Source: a virus (taxonomy: Duplodnaviria; Caudoviricetes). From it: a stretch of DNA of 58,609 bases. Shown here one piece after another: positions 15,770 to 25,711 of the stretch. The translations under genes and the position numbers were made by a program. Within the stretch, counting starts at the first letter, position 1, and the number at the start of each line of letters is the position of its first letter. A model generated the notes under the pieces. That model worked only from the letters and a program-made list of their open reading frames with translations, was not told the DNA's origin and did no database searches. Where the stretch lies: positions 1-58,609 of IMG/VR virus record IMGVR_UViG_3300032280_000090, one strand, 5' to 3'.

Positions 15770-15946
15770 CTATTCGCTGGCAGTATCTTCCTCTTCTTCA
15801 GGACGATGGACTTGAATCATCACATCGCATAGGTCATGGATCAACTTGGTTTTACCAAGCGAGTTTAAGGTTTTTATCTTCTGGAATGCAGCAGATATAA
15901 ATTGAAAATGGCGATCACGATCAGTAGGTATATCATTTATTGTCAT
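15770..15946 (-). CDS. 58-aa hypothetical protein between terS and terL (not in the ORF track)
   Basis: ATGA overlap with the terS stop; MTINDIPTDRDRHFQF...EEEEDTASE. Confidence 0.55.
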   Translation of the reverse strand: MTINDIPTDRDRHFQFISAAFQKIKTLNSLGKTKLIHDLCDVMIQVHRPEEEEDTASE

Positions 15947-16518
15947 AGGGTTGTTATTTGTGTTTGGTCTAGTTCTATCGGAGAGTTTTCGTATTGGGAG
16001 AAATCCATATCGTTGATTGGATAGTCTGGCTCAGTAAGTGCTGGTCGTTCCATCGTATCCTCTTCAACAATTTCAGCATCTATCACATTTGCCACATCGG
16101 GACGAGTATTCCTACCTTGAATCTTAAATGTGAGTTTCAAGTTGCTGGCAATAATCTCATGTCGCTCCGGTGCAAACTCTCCTGCTAGTTTGGCGTCGAG
16201 TTGTAGGGCAGCTAGGCGATCAAACTTCGCTATGATGCCTCCCGATTTGTTACGGATGACTTCGGTAGGGAATTGCCCTTCGATCATCTGGCGCAAGATT
16301 TCACGCTTCCTACTGATGGTCATTACTGATCTAGTGGCAACTTCCTCTCGCACCTCAGATATGCGAGTCTTTACCTCTGGCCTATGGTAAACCTTATGCC
16401 CAAGAACGTGCGGAGCGTTCACATGAGGCATTAGCTTCTTGTACGCCTCGGTTTGCGAGTCGCCTTCAGCGATAAGCCAAGCAAAACGCTCGTGTAATTT
16501 ATTCTGTAACGGAGGCAT
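15943..16518 (-). CDS. terS: Terminase small subunit
   Basis: LQNKLHERFAWLIAEGDSQTEAYK HTH, PEVKTRISE; upstream of terL. Confidence 0.75.
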   Translation of the reverse strand: MPPLQNKLHERFAWLIAEGDSQTEAYKKLMPHVNAPHVLGHKVYHRPEVKTRISEVREEVATRSVMTISRKREILRQMIEGQFPTEVIRNKSGGIIAKFDRLAALQLDAKLAGEFAPERHEIIASNLKLTFKIQGRNTRPDVANVIDAEIVEEDTMERPALTEPDYPINDMDFSQYENSPIELDQTQITTL

Positions 16519-17034
16519 AATTTATTCTGTAATTTCTAACCAAAGGGGAATTTAACCGCAAGGATTAATTTTTTCTCTGTTTTGGATGTCCATATTACTC
16601 TGTAGTTCCTGAATTGTCTTGACACTTAACCCGGAAAAGGTTCTTAAGTATCTCCAAATTATTCGCTACCACCATGAAGGGCCAACCTTTAGTCCGCATC
16701 TTTGGCATTGGTATTTGCGTAACCGATTGCGTGAGCTACGCCAAGTTATACGGAAGTTATGACCTTTATAAGCGCACAATAAATTAAGGATTATTTGGTA
16801 TAGATTCATCATTTTTTAGTAGTCCTAGTTTGATTAGTATGTTTTTTAATGCTGGCGATTGCTCTGCCTGTTTGATTAGGAATTGGATTTCTTCCTCTTG
16901 TTCTGGTGTGGTTTTCATTTTCTGGTATTAAAGAATGCTTCGATTTCTGGTATAAAGCATATTGCTAGGAACATGATGAATGCTCCAAGCGCACCTATTC
17001 CGAAGCATTGTAGGGCTAGTGTGATGGTCATATT

Positions 17035-17646
17035 TTAGTCTTGGGTGAATGCTGTGTCTTGAGCGTTGCGACCGATCTCTGCGTGCCATGTGACGGGCGG
17101 CATCACTCGGTACTGGGGTATGGATGTTTGTTTCACGAATGAATCATCTGACCAAATGATTCGGTTGTTTGGTTGTGCCGCTATTTGACCGGAACCATCG
17201 TCGAGCAGGAGGAGGTGATAGCACTTGTGCTCGGAAGGGTACTGGCTGAATCCGTTGTCCGTATGGTCTAGGGTAAACCAGTAGGTTGCCGGAACCTTGT
17301 TGCCGTCTCGGTCTAGGTAATGGCATGACATTTCACGTAGGTACTCATAGCGGCAGACTGAGAAATCCCATCCGTGGCTATCCCACATTTGTAATTTCGT
17401 GATAGGGTGAGTTGGTGCGTCATCCTCTGGCTCTTCATGGTATAACTTATGAAGCGGTATCCTTGCCCATTGTGCGCCTGACTCGCAAAGAATTGAGAAG
17501 TGCAATGCTCGGCTAGGGATTGATGTTACGCCAATTATAACGCATGGCTCAATGTCCGTTGATCCGTTTAGCCCATGCAAAATGTCTGAGGCGACATATC
17601 CGTACAGGTGTTGGGGAACGCTGGCGTTTAGGCAATGGTGGTTCAT
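17035..17646 (-). CDS. Conserved phage hypothetical protein
   Basis: 203-aa ORF with GAQWARIP, YWFTLD, EHKCYH, GQIAAQPNNRI; coupled to the upstream gene. Confidence 0.7.
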   Translation of the reverse strand: MNHHCLNASVPQHLYGYVASDILHGLNGSTDIEPCVIIGVTSIPSRALHFSILCESGAQWARIPLHKLYHEEPEDDAPTHPITKLQMWDSHGWDFSVCRYEYLREMSCHYLDRDGNKVPATYWFTLDHTDNGFSQYPSEHKCYHLLLLDDGSGQIAAQPNNRIIWSDDSFVKQTSIPQYRVMPPVTWHAEIGRNAQDTAFTQD

Positions 17647-18209
17647 TTCAGAAGTACCTTTCTATTTTTCCTATGCCATTCCATTGATGGCGTTTTCCTT
17701 GTTGAGTCTAGAATTTTGGCGCAAAGTTTCTTAGTTCCTTCATGCCCTTCTCGTTCAAGAGATAAGAGCTTCGTTAGCCTCTCGACCTCCTGACGGAGTT
17801 TCGTGATTTCCTCATCAGTTCGCTTCCCCCTATCTTTACAGCATTCCCAGATAGTTCCGTTTGGGTCACAGAACTCACAGCGGACTCCCATATCTAAATC
17901 CCGATATTTCTGTCTCCATGTTTTCCATGAAGATGCGTTTCGGCAGAGGTCTAATAGCTCTTTATGAGTACGTTGGCCTTCGTCTCCGAGGGCTTTTCTG
18001 ATCTCTAAGTTCTGTGCCTCTAGCTTCTGGTAGTCCCTGTAAAGGAGATCATGGCTGTCTCTCAGAGAGAGGGCTTCGTTTTTGTAGGTCGCGGCTTCCA
18101 ATTCTAGCTCCTGCCCAAGTTTTAATGGGATGCAGTCCCATCGGAACGCAGAGTCTCGCAGTGCCTCGAATCTAGCGGCTTCTGTTCGTGGTGTGTCGGT
18201 TGTTTTCAT
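17643..18209 (-). CDS. Hypothetical coiled-coil protein
   Basis: TDTPRT N-terminus, coiled coil, overlapping start/stop junctions. Confidence 0.65.
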   Translation of the reverse strand: MKTTDTPRTEAARFEALRDSAFRWDCIPLKLGQELELEAATYKNEALSLRDSHDLLYRDYQKLEAQNLEIRKALGDEGQRTHKELLDLCRNASSWKTWRQKYRDLDMGVRCEFCDPNGTIWECCKDRGKRTDEEITKLRQEVERLTKLLSLEREGHEGTKKLCAKILDSTRKTPSMEWHRKNRKVLLK

Positions 18210-18886
18210 ATTGATATTACTTTTGTGAATTCTCCTAGCCTCCGCATAATGGCGTCACCCCTATCGGCAGACATCATATCGTGAAGTTGTTCGGCGGTGG
18301 AATTAGCCGTCCAGATGATCGGTAACTGCTTCTCGCTCCTTTTGTCCAATATATCGTACAATAGTTCCTCTGCTGCTGGCGATAGCCGACCTTTTCCTAT
18401 ATCGTCGATCAGTAGGAGTTGGCACGTATGGGCTGAACGGATTGCCCTGTGCGCTTCGCTCTGCATCTCTTTCTCGTTACTGAACTGGCTGGCGGCATAC
18501 TTGGATATATCCGTTGCTTTCAAGAAATATACTGATTTTCCTTTCATTTTAATCTTTAAGAGCAAGGCCACGGCGCAACGAGTTTTCTGCGAACCGCTGC
18601 GACCTCGGATCCCGATACCTTTTGGCGAATACTCCCAACCGAGCACTTGACGTGCAAGGTCGGCGTTTAAGCGTTCTAAATCTGTCTCTCGGTATAATGG
18701 CGGCACCGATGCCCAAAAGTCACGTTCTAGGCTATCCTTGCGTGACTGCTCAGCATTTGCTTCGGCCTCGGTGATGCGTTTTTCCATACATGGTTCGCAC
18801 ATGGTAACAAAACATATCTTTTTACCATTTATTTCAATTTCTTCGGCTGTGAATGTTTTTTCACATGCTTTGCATTTCAAGTTCAT
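18206..18886 (-). CDS. DnaC/IstB-like AAA+ helicase loader
   Basis: N-terminal CxxC..CxxC, Walker A GRSGSQKT (variant), LLLIDDIGK, IIWTAN, AIMRRL; follows the initiator. Confidence 0.85.
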   Translation of the reverse strand: MNLKCKACEKTFTAEEIEINGKKICFVTMCEPCMEKRITEAEANAEQSRKDSLERDFWASVPPLYRETDLERLNADLARQVLGWEYSPKGIGIRGRSGSQKTRCAVALLLKIKMKGKSVYFLKATDISKYAASQFSNEKEMQSEAHRAIRSAHTCQLLLIDDIGKGRLSPAAEELLYDILDKRSEKQLPIIWTANSTAEQLHDMMSADRGDAIMRRLGEFTKVISI

Positions 18887-19554
18887 TAGAATATATTTTT
18901 GTATTTTGATTCTTCCTCAGTCTTTTGTGGTTTAGAGGTAGTGCCTTGGTCTGCAGGGAAAATTCCCTGCCATCCATTAGCGATTGAGTTATTTATTGCG
19001 GTTATTGCGGCTTCCTGTCCCCATCCTTCCATCTGCTTCCACTTGGCTAGGAATGAGGTGGGGTAAAGTGGTTTTTTTCGTTCTTTGCGATATTGTAGGT
19101 ATTTATTCCAAGCGTCACGGAAATCTGAAGAATCTAGTGCTTTTGGTAATTCAGAAAAATCGGTTTCGCTTTCTTTATTGGTACTTGGTAATTGGGTATT
19201 GGTACTTGGGAGGGTATGCGTTCGGTTAGCGATGGGTAAGCGGTGGGTACGTTTACCTCCTTTTTTGCCATTTTGTGATTGTTTTTCTACGAATTCTTGA
19301 TGGTTTTGTACCTCACCCATGACCCGACGATTAATCCAGCCTTCAGAAGTCGATATAAAAAACTCTTCCAGCATTGCACGAACAAGCGGTTCCGTTGACC
19401 GGATTCGTCGTGCGATAATGGCAGGTTCATCGCTAATGGGGCTTTCCTTATCGTATTGGTAATCCAAAAGTCGCTTGTATGTAGCATCTTCTTCTAGGGT
19501 TAGGTGGGCGGTTGCTGTCCTGTAATCTCCTATATGATAGTTGTAATAATTCAC
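18886..19554 (-). CDS. Replication initiator (DUF1376/YdaU-like)
   Basis: YYNYHIGDYRTATAHLTLEEDATYKRLLDYQY N-terminus; C-terminal SIANGWQGIF. Confidence 0.85.
   Translation of the reverse strand: MNYYNYHIGDYRTATAHLTLEEDATYKRLLDYQYDKESPISDEPAIIARRIRSTEPLVRAMLEEFFISTSEGWINRRVMGEVQNHQEFVEKQSQNGKKGGKRTHRLPIANRTHTLPSTNTQLPSTNKESETDFSELPKALDSSDFRDAWNKYLQYRKERKKPLYPTSFLAKWKQMEGWGQEAAITAINNSIANGWQGIFPADQGTTSKPQKTEEESKYKNIF
19176..19250. repeat. Iteron-like repeats inside the initiator gene (putative origin)
   Basis: Tandem 11-mers GGTATGCGTTC/GGTTAGCGATG/GGTAAGCGGTG (19213-19245) and TATTGGTACTTGG twice at 21-bp spacing. Confidence 0.55.
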
Positions 19555-19889
19555 ACTTCTGATTTATTTATAATTTCTTCATCCTCAAGTTCGCTCAGCG
19601 TCGAATTAAAGCGTTCATACAGAGAATGAAAAGCATTTTGTAAAATTAAATTCGCCCTTCGCTCCAACTCCAGTTCTGCTTGCAGAATTTTAATTTCATC
19701 CTCTGGATCCATAATGTAATTTTTATGCTTTTCCTTGATCCTATTTTGGAATCTTTCGTCGGATGCCCACGATACACCTCCCAAGAAAGCTACTAATTGA
19801 TAGTATTCGTGCCAATGCTGTCCTTTCGGAACAACCATCCTAACTCCTTCTTGTGCATACCAATCTTGAAACGCTCTTTTGATATTCAT
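19551..19889 (-). CDS. Hypothetical protein
   Basis: 112-aa ORF in a coupled operon. Confidence 0.6.
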   Translation of the reverse strand: MNIKRAFQDWYAQEGVRMVVPKGQHWHEYYQLVAFLGGVSWASDERFQNRIKEKHKNYIMDPEDEIKILQAELELERRANLILQNAFHSLYERFNSTLSELEDEEIINKSEV

Positions 19890-19890
19890 T

Positions 19891-20217
19891 TCAGAGATGC
19901 AAAGGAATTGGTGGAAGTACGTCCTTAGAGAAAGGATTCATGCAGATATTTCCTTCATCCAAGTTAAAACCAAGGATTGAAACCTCGGCTCGTACAATGG
20001 AAATTGCCTTAACTACAGCGAATCCCCTTGGGTGATTAGGATGCTTCGCAGCAAGACGCTCTGCTTCCATCCTAGCTTCATTCTCATCATCGTAGCGAGT
20101 GGTAGGTAGTGAATCATCTTTCTGATATCCACCACTTCCAAGCCTCACGACCATGTAGAAAGGTCTGTTATCTATGATGTCTGCTTGTATTGGTTTTTGT
20201 GTTTTGTATGTAGTCAT
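19891..20217 (-). CDS. Hypothetical protein
   Basis: PTTRY...EARMEAERLAAKHP phage-type motif. Confidence 0.65.
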   Translation of the reverse strand: MTTYKTQKPIQADIIDNRPFYMVVRLGSGGYQKDDSLPTTRYDDENEARMEAERLAAKHPNHPRGFAVVKAISIVRAEVSILGFNLDEGNICMNPFSKDVLPPIPLHL

Positions 20218-20379
20218 ATATTTAGTTTTTTACCTCACGTGCTTCTACGATCATTTCACCCCATTCTTTGGAGTTTACGATCAGTCTGTTACCTTGCGTC
20301 CTGCCTACGATGTGCGCCTTAAAGCAGCGTCCATCTTTTAACTTTACTGTGCATTTTTTATTTATATTTGATTTCATAT

Positions 20380-20721
20380 TTATTCGTCGAATGTGCTTTT
20401 ATTTAGTTTAAAGATACCCTCCAAATCACTTTCCTGTCTCATAATGAGTCGTGCGTAACCAGCCGCAAAAGCATTAGGAAACTTATACTCTTCCTGCGAT
20501 TCGATATTCATAAAGTAGTTCCACCTCAATACCTCGAAAAGCATTTGTATTCCTATCACCCTGTTCGGTCGATTCCTTCGACAATCCCTAGCTAACGCAA
20601 CTAGGTTGCGGTAAACGGAGGGGTTGCTTGCGTGGAATCTATCAAACCTAACTGCTAATGAGTATTTAAGTGGTTCTTCACTTATTGGTTCAAAGTCTAA
20701 TTCTGTTTCTTCGTAGTTCAT
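20380..20721 (-). CDS. Conserved phage hypothetical protein
   Basis: FHASNPSVY...LFEVLRW...YARLIM. Confidence 0.7.
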   Translation of the reverse strand: MNYEETELDFEPISEEPLKYSLAVRFDRFHASNPSVYRNLVALARDCRRNRPNRVIGIQMLFEVLRWNYFMNIESQEEYKFPNAFAAGYARLIMRQESDLEGIFKLNKSTFDE

Positions 20722-21038
20722 AATCTATCGGATGCCATGTTTAATGGATAACCAAGCAGTATTAATGCTTGGAAGATTTCGTTTTCGTCAGTATGGGCAA
20801 CCTTGTCAGGATTTGCCCTTTCCCAAAGCAACTGAACGACAGGAACATTTATCAAGTCGTCGAGATTTTCCCAACGATTCGCTACTGTTCTGTGACTATA
20901 CCAATCCCACCAAATTATCCTAGCCACGGATGGCTGGAGATGTTTTGGGAGTAGCATAATTAATTCCCTCCATTCATCCTGCGTTCTGTAACGCATGACA
21001 TCGGTAATGTTTTTATACTCCTTTTGTTTCTTGGTCAT
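20718..21038 (-). CDS. Hypothetical protein
   Basis: 106-aa coupled ORF. Confidence 0.6.
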   Translation of the reverse strand: MTKKQKEYKNITDVMRYRTQDEWRELIMLLPKHLQPSVARIIWWDWYSHRTVANRWENLDDLINVPVVQLLWERANPDKVAHTDENEIFQALILLGYPLNMASDRL

Positions 21039-21477
21039 TGTATTTATTTAGTTTGCTCATAGATATAGCTATCCATGGTTTCTGTCCAAAAGGACAATAA
21101 TATTTGCGGATATTTAGCGCAACAATCTGCGAATCGTCTAACCAAAATCCCTTAAAAGCATCTTGTGTACCTTTCTGAAGGTTGTCTAGGTCAGGACGCT
21201 TATCGTGATATTGTGCGCCAGTACCATGCGCCTTTGTATTAAGCCTAGCAGGACGCTCCAAGAAGTAATCGACTTGTAAATATATAGGGCATTCCCAAGG
21301 TTCTTTCGGCCTATGTTGGCTTGCATAAAGGCGAATGATCTTTTGATAATCGCTAGCCTTCTGCGTCTTAAAGAATATGGGTCTGCCCTTGCGAATTACC
21401 ATCTGCTTGCCCGATGTTTGTAAAGACATCGGACAAACAGGGATAATAAACCTAATTAAATCAGCCGTCGAATCCAT
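21013..21477 (-). CDS. rusA: RusA-like Holliday junction resolvase
   Basis: KRPDLDNLQKGTQDAF...WLDDSQIV..IRKYY. Confidence 0.9.
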   Translation of the reverse strand: MDSTADLIRFIIPVCPMSLQTSGKQMVIRKGRPIFFKTQKASDYQKIIRLYASQHRPKEPWECPIYLQVDYFLERPARLNTKAHGTGAQYHDKRPDLDNLQKGTQDAFKGFWLDDSQIVALNIRKYYCPFGQKPWIAISMSKLNKYNDQETKGV

Positions 21478-21676
21478 CAGCGTAAGCGTCGATTCTCTCC
21501 TCTTGGCAAAGATGACAACGGAAAACAGAATTAGCAGGATTACTGCGATCTGCCTTCACGATGTATAAATCAATATCTCTAGTGATTACATCATTGCCAT
21601 TGTATTCTGAGTCGCAATCGCAACACACGAATACTTGTTCGGGTTTTACGCCTTTAGGGGAGAGTATTGCTGCCAT
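21461..21676 (-). CDS. Small Zn-finger protein
   Basis: CCDC...CHLC; likely start MAAILSP. Confidence 0.55.
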   Translation of the reverse strand: MAAILSPKGVKPEQVFVCCDCDSEYNGNDVITRDIDLYIVKADRSNPANSVFRCHLCQEERIDAYADGFDG

Positions 21677-22022
21677 CGTCGTGAAACATATCGGGTTGGT
21701 TTGGGTTTTTAACAAACACCTCGGCTTCATCCGTGTTTTTTACGGAGTAGCCTAGCTTTGCCTTAACTGATCGGGCATCGGGTGAAAGATGTTTGAGCGT
21801 GATATTAATTGAAACGGAAGCCTTTCCCTCTGCGCTATCGTAGATGGTTTTCTGGATTCCATGCCAATTAGATTCAAGCAAACCTACAATTAGGTTTCCT
21901 GTTCTATCAAGCTCCAATCTGCCAAACTCAAGTGGGTCATAATCACCGGAGAAAACTTGCGTTACATCTGGTGCTACAACAATAGTTCCATCCTCGTTGG
22001 GAATCTCTGTAAGGGATTTCAT
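21654..22022 (-). CDS. Hypothetical protein
   Basis: Likely start MKSLTEIP; C-terminal PNQPDMF resembles a sliding-clamp-binding motif. Confidence 0.6.
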   Translation of the reverse strand: MKSLTEIPNEDGTIVVAPDVTQVFSGDYDPLEFGRLELDRTGNLIVGLLESNWHGIQKTIYDSAEGKASVSINITLKHLSPDARSVKAKLGYSVKNTDEAEVFVKNPNQPDMFHDDGSNTLP

Positions 22023-22023
22023 T

Positions 22024-22557
22024 TTAGAATGGGATGTCATCGTCAGCTTCGGGCTTAGACTTATCGGAAGGAGCAGGCGCCCAAACCTCATCGTCAGAAT
22101 CCTCAAGCGTTGTCTTTGCTACTGACTTAGCTTTCTTGCTCAACTTGGCAAGTGCCTTCAACTTTTCCCGATCCAGTTTTTCACCAGCAGGAAGGACTGA
22201 GTTTAGCCAACGGATTTTAATCCTAGCCTCACCATTGTATTCCTCCTCCTCGCAAACGACCTGACACTCTTTTCCGGTGAAAGGATCCACCGAACCCTCG
22301 GTAAGTGCCTCAATATCGCCATCCCACCCGAAGGCTTTGGTAAGCGTCTTGATCGTATTATCGAAAGCCCCTGCGGTGAGGTAGCCACGCCATACGATCT
22401 CACGATCCTTTTGGTCGCCTTCCTCCTTAATCTTAACAGGAATTCGGATAAAGGGAGAAGCCTTGGCTCCTGCCTCACCGAACCATCCGTTTCCGGGTGA
22501 CTTGACTACGGCTAGGAACTTCCCTGCCGCTGTTACATATCTATTATCTTCTGACAT
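22024..22557 (-). CDS. Single-stranded DNA-binding protein (phage OB-fold type)
   Basis: Acidic tail ending DDDIPF; follows the nuclease/annealase pair. Confidence 0.75.
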   Translation of the reverse strand: MSEDNRYVTAAGKFLAVVKSPGNGWFGEAGAKASPFIRIPVKIKEEGDQKDREIVWRGYLTAGAFDNTIKTLTKAFGWDGDIEALTEGSVDPFTGKECQVVCEEEEYNGEARIKIRWLNSVLPAGEKLDREKLKALAKLSKKAKSVAKTTLEDSDDEVWAPAPSDKSKPEADDDIPF

Positions 22558-22579
22558 GATGTTGTTTTGTTGGTTTGTT

Positions 22580-23635
22580 TTATTTTGTGCGAGACATAAC
22601 AGGCTCGCTCTGTTTTGTGGTTATGACATCACTTAGCAACTCTGCCAGCTTGTCTTTTCCTTCTTTCGCTTTCAGTTGCAATTTAGCGACCACGGCTTTT
22701 TCAAGCTGAGATACGCTAACTTTGCAACATTCGGCAAATTCTTTTGGATCTAATACTTCTGATAATGCACCATAGGCTTCATCAGCATTTTCTATGGAAC
22801 GAGAGGTTCTTCCAGACTTTAGTTCCCATCCTCTAATCGGTGTTCCTGCGTTTAGGCGACGCCTAGTTTCAGCTCGGATTGCTTCAATGACGGACTCAGC
22901 GACATCTGCCGCATCGTTATACTCTGCCAGTTGGGCATCCCCAAGCTCTAGGATGGTCATGGGAGAGGTTTTTGCCACCTCGTGAACCTTTGCCCCTGCT
23001 TCGGGACAAACGCTCTTACCTCGGCAGTATTTACACGCATTATAGGATGGTGTTCGTGCTGCGGTAGGGGAATAAGCGTCCTCGCAGATTTTGATGATTT
23101 CCGCCCTAGCTGAAGCAAGTGCCTCCTCATTATACTCGGCTATTGTCGCAGGAACAGCCATCGGCTGAATAATGCAAACATAGATTTTCTTAAGATTAGG
23201 CAAGTTCTCTTTTACGAGAACCGCATAAGCTCGAAGCTGAAGGTTTTCGGCAGCGTCACTCTGTGCGATTCTGCCTGTTTTGTAGTCGGTTACGATAGCA
23301 ATCTCATCGCCTATATGGTCAATGCGATCAATCTGCCCCGAATACATATCACTTAGCCATAGACGCTTTTCCGTAGTAACATGGGTAACGTCACCAGCGT
23401 TAATGATGTCTAGGGTTTCTTTGTGATATGCGATACACAATTCAGCAATTTCTACCTCTTCGGGCTTTAGGTTCCCTTCGCCAGTTGCGATATATTCGTG
23501 AATGCGAGTACCCATGTCTGCCGCAGGGGAGCTTTCCCCCCTCGGCATTGTGGATTCTAGGTTGAACTTACCAGCGCACTCAGCATAGCCAGCCATGCCG
23601 CTTCCGCTAATTTTATCGTTACGATCGTCGCTCAT
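22580..23635 (-). CDS. PD-(D/E)xK Cas4-like exonuclease (DUF2800-like)
   Basis: GTRIHE, GQIDRI, DYKTG, QLRAYA, CKYC...CP. Confidence 0.85.
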   Translation of the reverse strand: MSDDRNDKISGSGMAGYAECAGKFNLESTMPRGESSPAADMGTRIHEYIATGEGNLKPEEVEIAELCIAYHKETLDIINAGDVTHVTTEKRLWLSDMYSGQIDRIDHIGDEIAIVTDYKTGRIAQSDAAENLQLRAYAVLVKENLPNLKKIYVCIIQPMAVPATIAEYNEEALASARAEIIKICEDAYSPTAARTPSYNACKYCRGKSVCPEAGAKVHEVAKTSPMTILELGDAQLAEYNDAADVAESVIEAIRAETRRRLNAGTPIRGWELKSGRTSRSIENADEAYGALSEVLDPKEFAECCKVSVSQLEKAVVAKLQLKAKEGKDKLAELLSDVITTKQSEPVMSRTK

Positions 23636-24438
23636 CAGTTTAACGAGTGTTTGATTACTGCCTCAAAAGCAACAAGGAGTCTTTCCACTAGAGCGTCACT
23701 GAATTCAATAACAAACTCTGGAATGTCTTTCATACCTTTTGATAGGCAAAAAGAACGAACATCTTTCTCGGAAACCTTGTTCTCGTCCATCAGAGCAAAT
23801 AGGTGATCGTGAGGTTTAATCGTTTTTTTAGGTACGACCACCGCCTCAATAACCTCTAGCTCCTCGGCTGGCTTTGGATTCATGAATTCAACTGCGTCCT
23901 CGCCTCCTTTTGCTACGAATACTGGTTTCGCAATGGTTGGCTTCGGGGTTTCCGCAGGGGTAAAATCCTGCACTTCCTCTGGCGTATAAAGACCACTGAC
24001 AACGCTCGGATAAACTGCCCTAACACCCTCGCTGATGACACGTGCCGAAAGCATCTGGCGTGGATATTTCTTCCAGTTATCGCCATTAGCCAACCCTGCT
24101 CGTTTGCCATCTTCGATTGTCCAAGTGACCAATAACTCACCTCCCTGCGGATGCGAGAATAGTGCGCTAACCTTGGCGTCAGTACGCTCCTCCCACTTCA
24201 CCGAGCCTCCTGCTTGCTGAAAGCGTGCCAGCATAGCATCAGCCTTTAGGGACGGACGACCTTTAATGATGTGATATTCCTTTGCGGCTGAAGCAGGATG
24301 CCTCCCCTCACTTTGGGCTACCAGCATAAGAGCAAGAGCCTGATCGGGGGTATTAACCCCGAAAAGGCCACTCTTAGCAACTGCTACGGCCATCCGTTCC
24401 ACATCGGAAACCGGAATAACTGCAATTTGATTGCTCAT
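23635..24438 (-). CDS. RecT/Redbeta-like ssDNA annealing protein
   Basis: HIIKGRPSLKADAM, WTIEDGKRAGL, NWKKYPRQML, GLYTPEE; likely start MSNQIAV. Confidence 0.8.
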   Translation of the reverse strand: MSNQIAVIPVSDVERMAVAVAKSGLFGVNTPDQALALMLVAQSEGRHPASAAKEYHIIKGRPSLKADAMLARFQQAGGSVKWEERTDAKVSALFSHPQGGELLVTWTIEDGKRAGLANGDNWKKYPRQMLSARVISEGVRAVYPSVVSGLYTPEEVQDFTPAETPKPTIAKPVFVAKGGEDAVEFMNPKPAEELEVIEAVVVPKKTIKPHDHLFALMDENKVSEKDVRSFCLSKGMKDIPEFVIEFSDALVERLLVAFEAVIKHSLN

Positions 24439-24442
24439 CGTA

Positions 24443-24628
24443 TTAGGCAGTAGCGGTTTCGATGGGTTGAACCATTTGGCTCTTAGCATCGTTCATTCGG
24501 GACTGCATTGCGCCGACGAGAAACTTACGGAGAGTTTCACGATTCTTTTTACCGCCGATTGCTGACTGAGCTGCGGCGACTTCCTCATCACCATAAGGGA
24601 TGCGGAGTGTTAGGTTCTTATGTTTCAT
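24443..24628 (-). CDS. Small hypothetical protein (possible ribbon-helix-helix regulator)
   Basis: KNLTLRIP strand followed by helices. Confidence 0.45.
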   Translation of the reverse strand: MKHKNLTLRIPYGDEEVAAAQSAIGGKKNRETLRKFLVGAMQSRMNDAKSQMVQPIETATA

Positions 24629-24652
24629 TTATTTGTGTTGTTGTTGTTTTGG

Positions 24653-24907
24653 TTATTCCCCCGACTTACGAGGGAAATCTGTTGCAAGAGCGAACAAGGC
24701 ACGCTCACCGAAATCTTTAGGTGCTTTTTTGATACGATAACCAGCATCGGTGAAAACCTTTTTAGCGTGATCTTGGTCGTTGAAAAACGCTAGGCACTCG
24801 TGGGCATTGGTAACGCCTCCGTTGTCGTGAAGGACTAGGAACTTCGTGGGGTAGTTCGTGCGGTAGTTTTCCCACAGAGCTTGATCGGTATTATATAATG
24901 GTGTCAT
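24653..24907 (-). CDS. Hypothetical protein
   Basis: 84-aa ORF behind repeated promoter A. Confidence 0.6.
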   Translation of the reverse strand: MTPLYNTDQALWENYRTNYPTKFLVLHDNGGVTNAHECLAFFNDQDHAKKVFTDAGYRIKKAPKDFGERALFALATDFPRKSGE

Positions 24908-24962
24908 TTTATTTATTGATTTATTGGTTTGGATTTATTTGTTGGCTTTCACCAACACCAAC

Positions 24963-25002
24963 ATTGTTGCCTTTTTCTTACCGAATGAAAAGGAAAAAAG
25001 TA
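24963..25002 (-). promoter_or_regulatory. Repeated early promoter, copy A
   Basis: Minus strand TACTTTTTTCCTTTTCA..AGGCAACAAT; near-identical to 27692-27730. Confidence 0.55.
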
Positions 25003-25173
25003 ACTATTTTTACTCTTTAGAATGCGAATCTATACACTTTTTCGCTTGCTTTTTCTTTTTCTTGCCAAAAATAGCATCCCAATTTTCTCTATACTTTTTT
25101 CGATCCACCGGACGCTCATGGTCGCCTTTTCCTGCGCCTGTCCCGAATTGATTTTTAGGAATTGCTTGGCTCA

Positions 25174-25407
25174 TTAGGCTTCTTCCATTTTAGCCAACCG
25201 ATGAATTTCCCGATTGATATACCAAATCGCTTTCTTAAGATCCTCAATCTCGGTTGCCTTATTCTTGAAGCCAGCCCTAGCCAAATACTTCACCGCATTA
25301 CCTCGGCAGAAGTTCATGTGTTCCGTTAGGTCAATGACTTCAATGCCTTGATGTTGGTAATGCGATGGATGATTGACTGATTCGGGGAAATTTATTTCAG
25401 CGATCAT
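25174..25407 (-). CDS. DUF3310 family protein
   Basis: VNHPSHY..IEVID..FCRGNAVKYLARAG.K..EDLKKAIWY. Confidence 0.9.
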   Translation of the reverse strand: MIAEINFPESVNHPSHYQHQGIEVIDLTEHMNFCRGNAVKYLARAGFKNKATEIEDLKKAIWYINREIHRLAKMEEA

Positions 25408-25412
25408 AAATT

Positions 25413-25685
25413 TTAGCTTACCGCTTGGTCTGATGGGCTTTCTTCAATTTCAGGTTCAGCGACTACTGGCTGATCTTTGATGATAAGCCTTTCGAGTAGT
25501 GCTGCTGCGATTAGAAGGTTAAAGGAAAAGATTTTGCTTTTATTGATAATGTCACAAAAGACATCATCTCGTGAAATTGTATTCAGATCAATCCCTTCCA
25601 GAATTTTATCAATCTGATCCTCGTTAATCAAACCTGCTGGCTTGGTCGTTTCTTCTGTTGTTGGTTCGGTGATATTTTCGCTCAT
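25413..25685 (-). CDS. Hypothetical protein
   Basis: 90-aa ORF with A-rich leader. Confidence 0.6.
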   Translation of the reverse strand: MSENITEPTTEETTKPAGLINEDQIDKILEGIDLNTISRDDVFCDIINKSKIFSFNLLIAAALLERLIIKDQPVVAEPEIEESPSDQAVS

Positions 25686-25711
25686 ATTTTTGTGTGTTGG
25701 GTATTTGGTTT

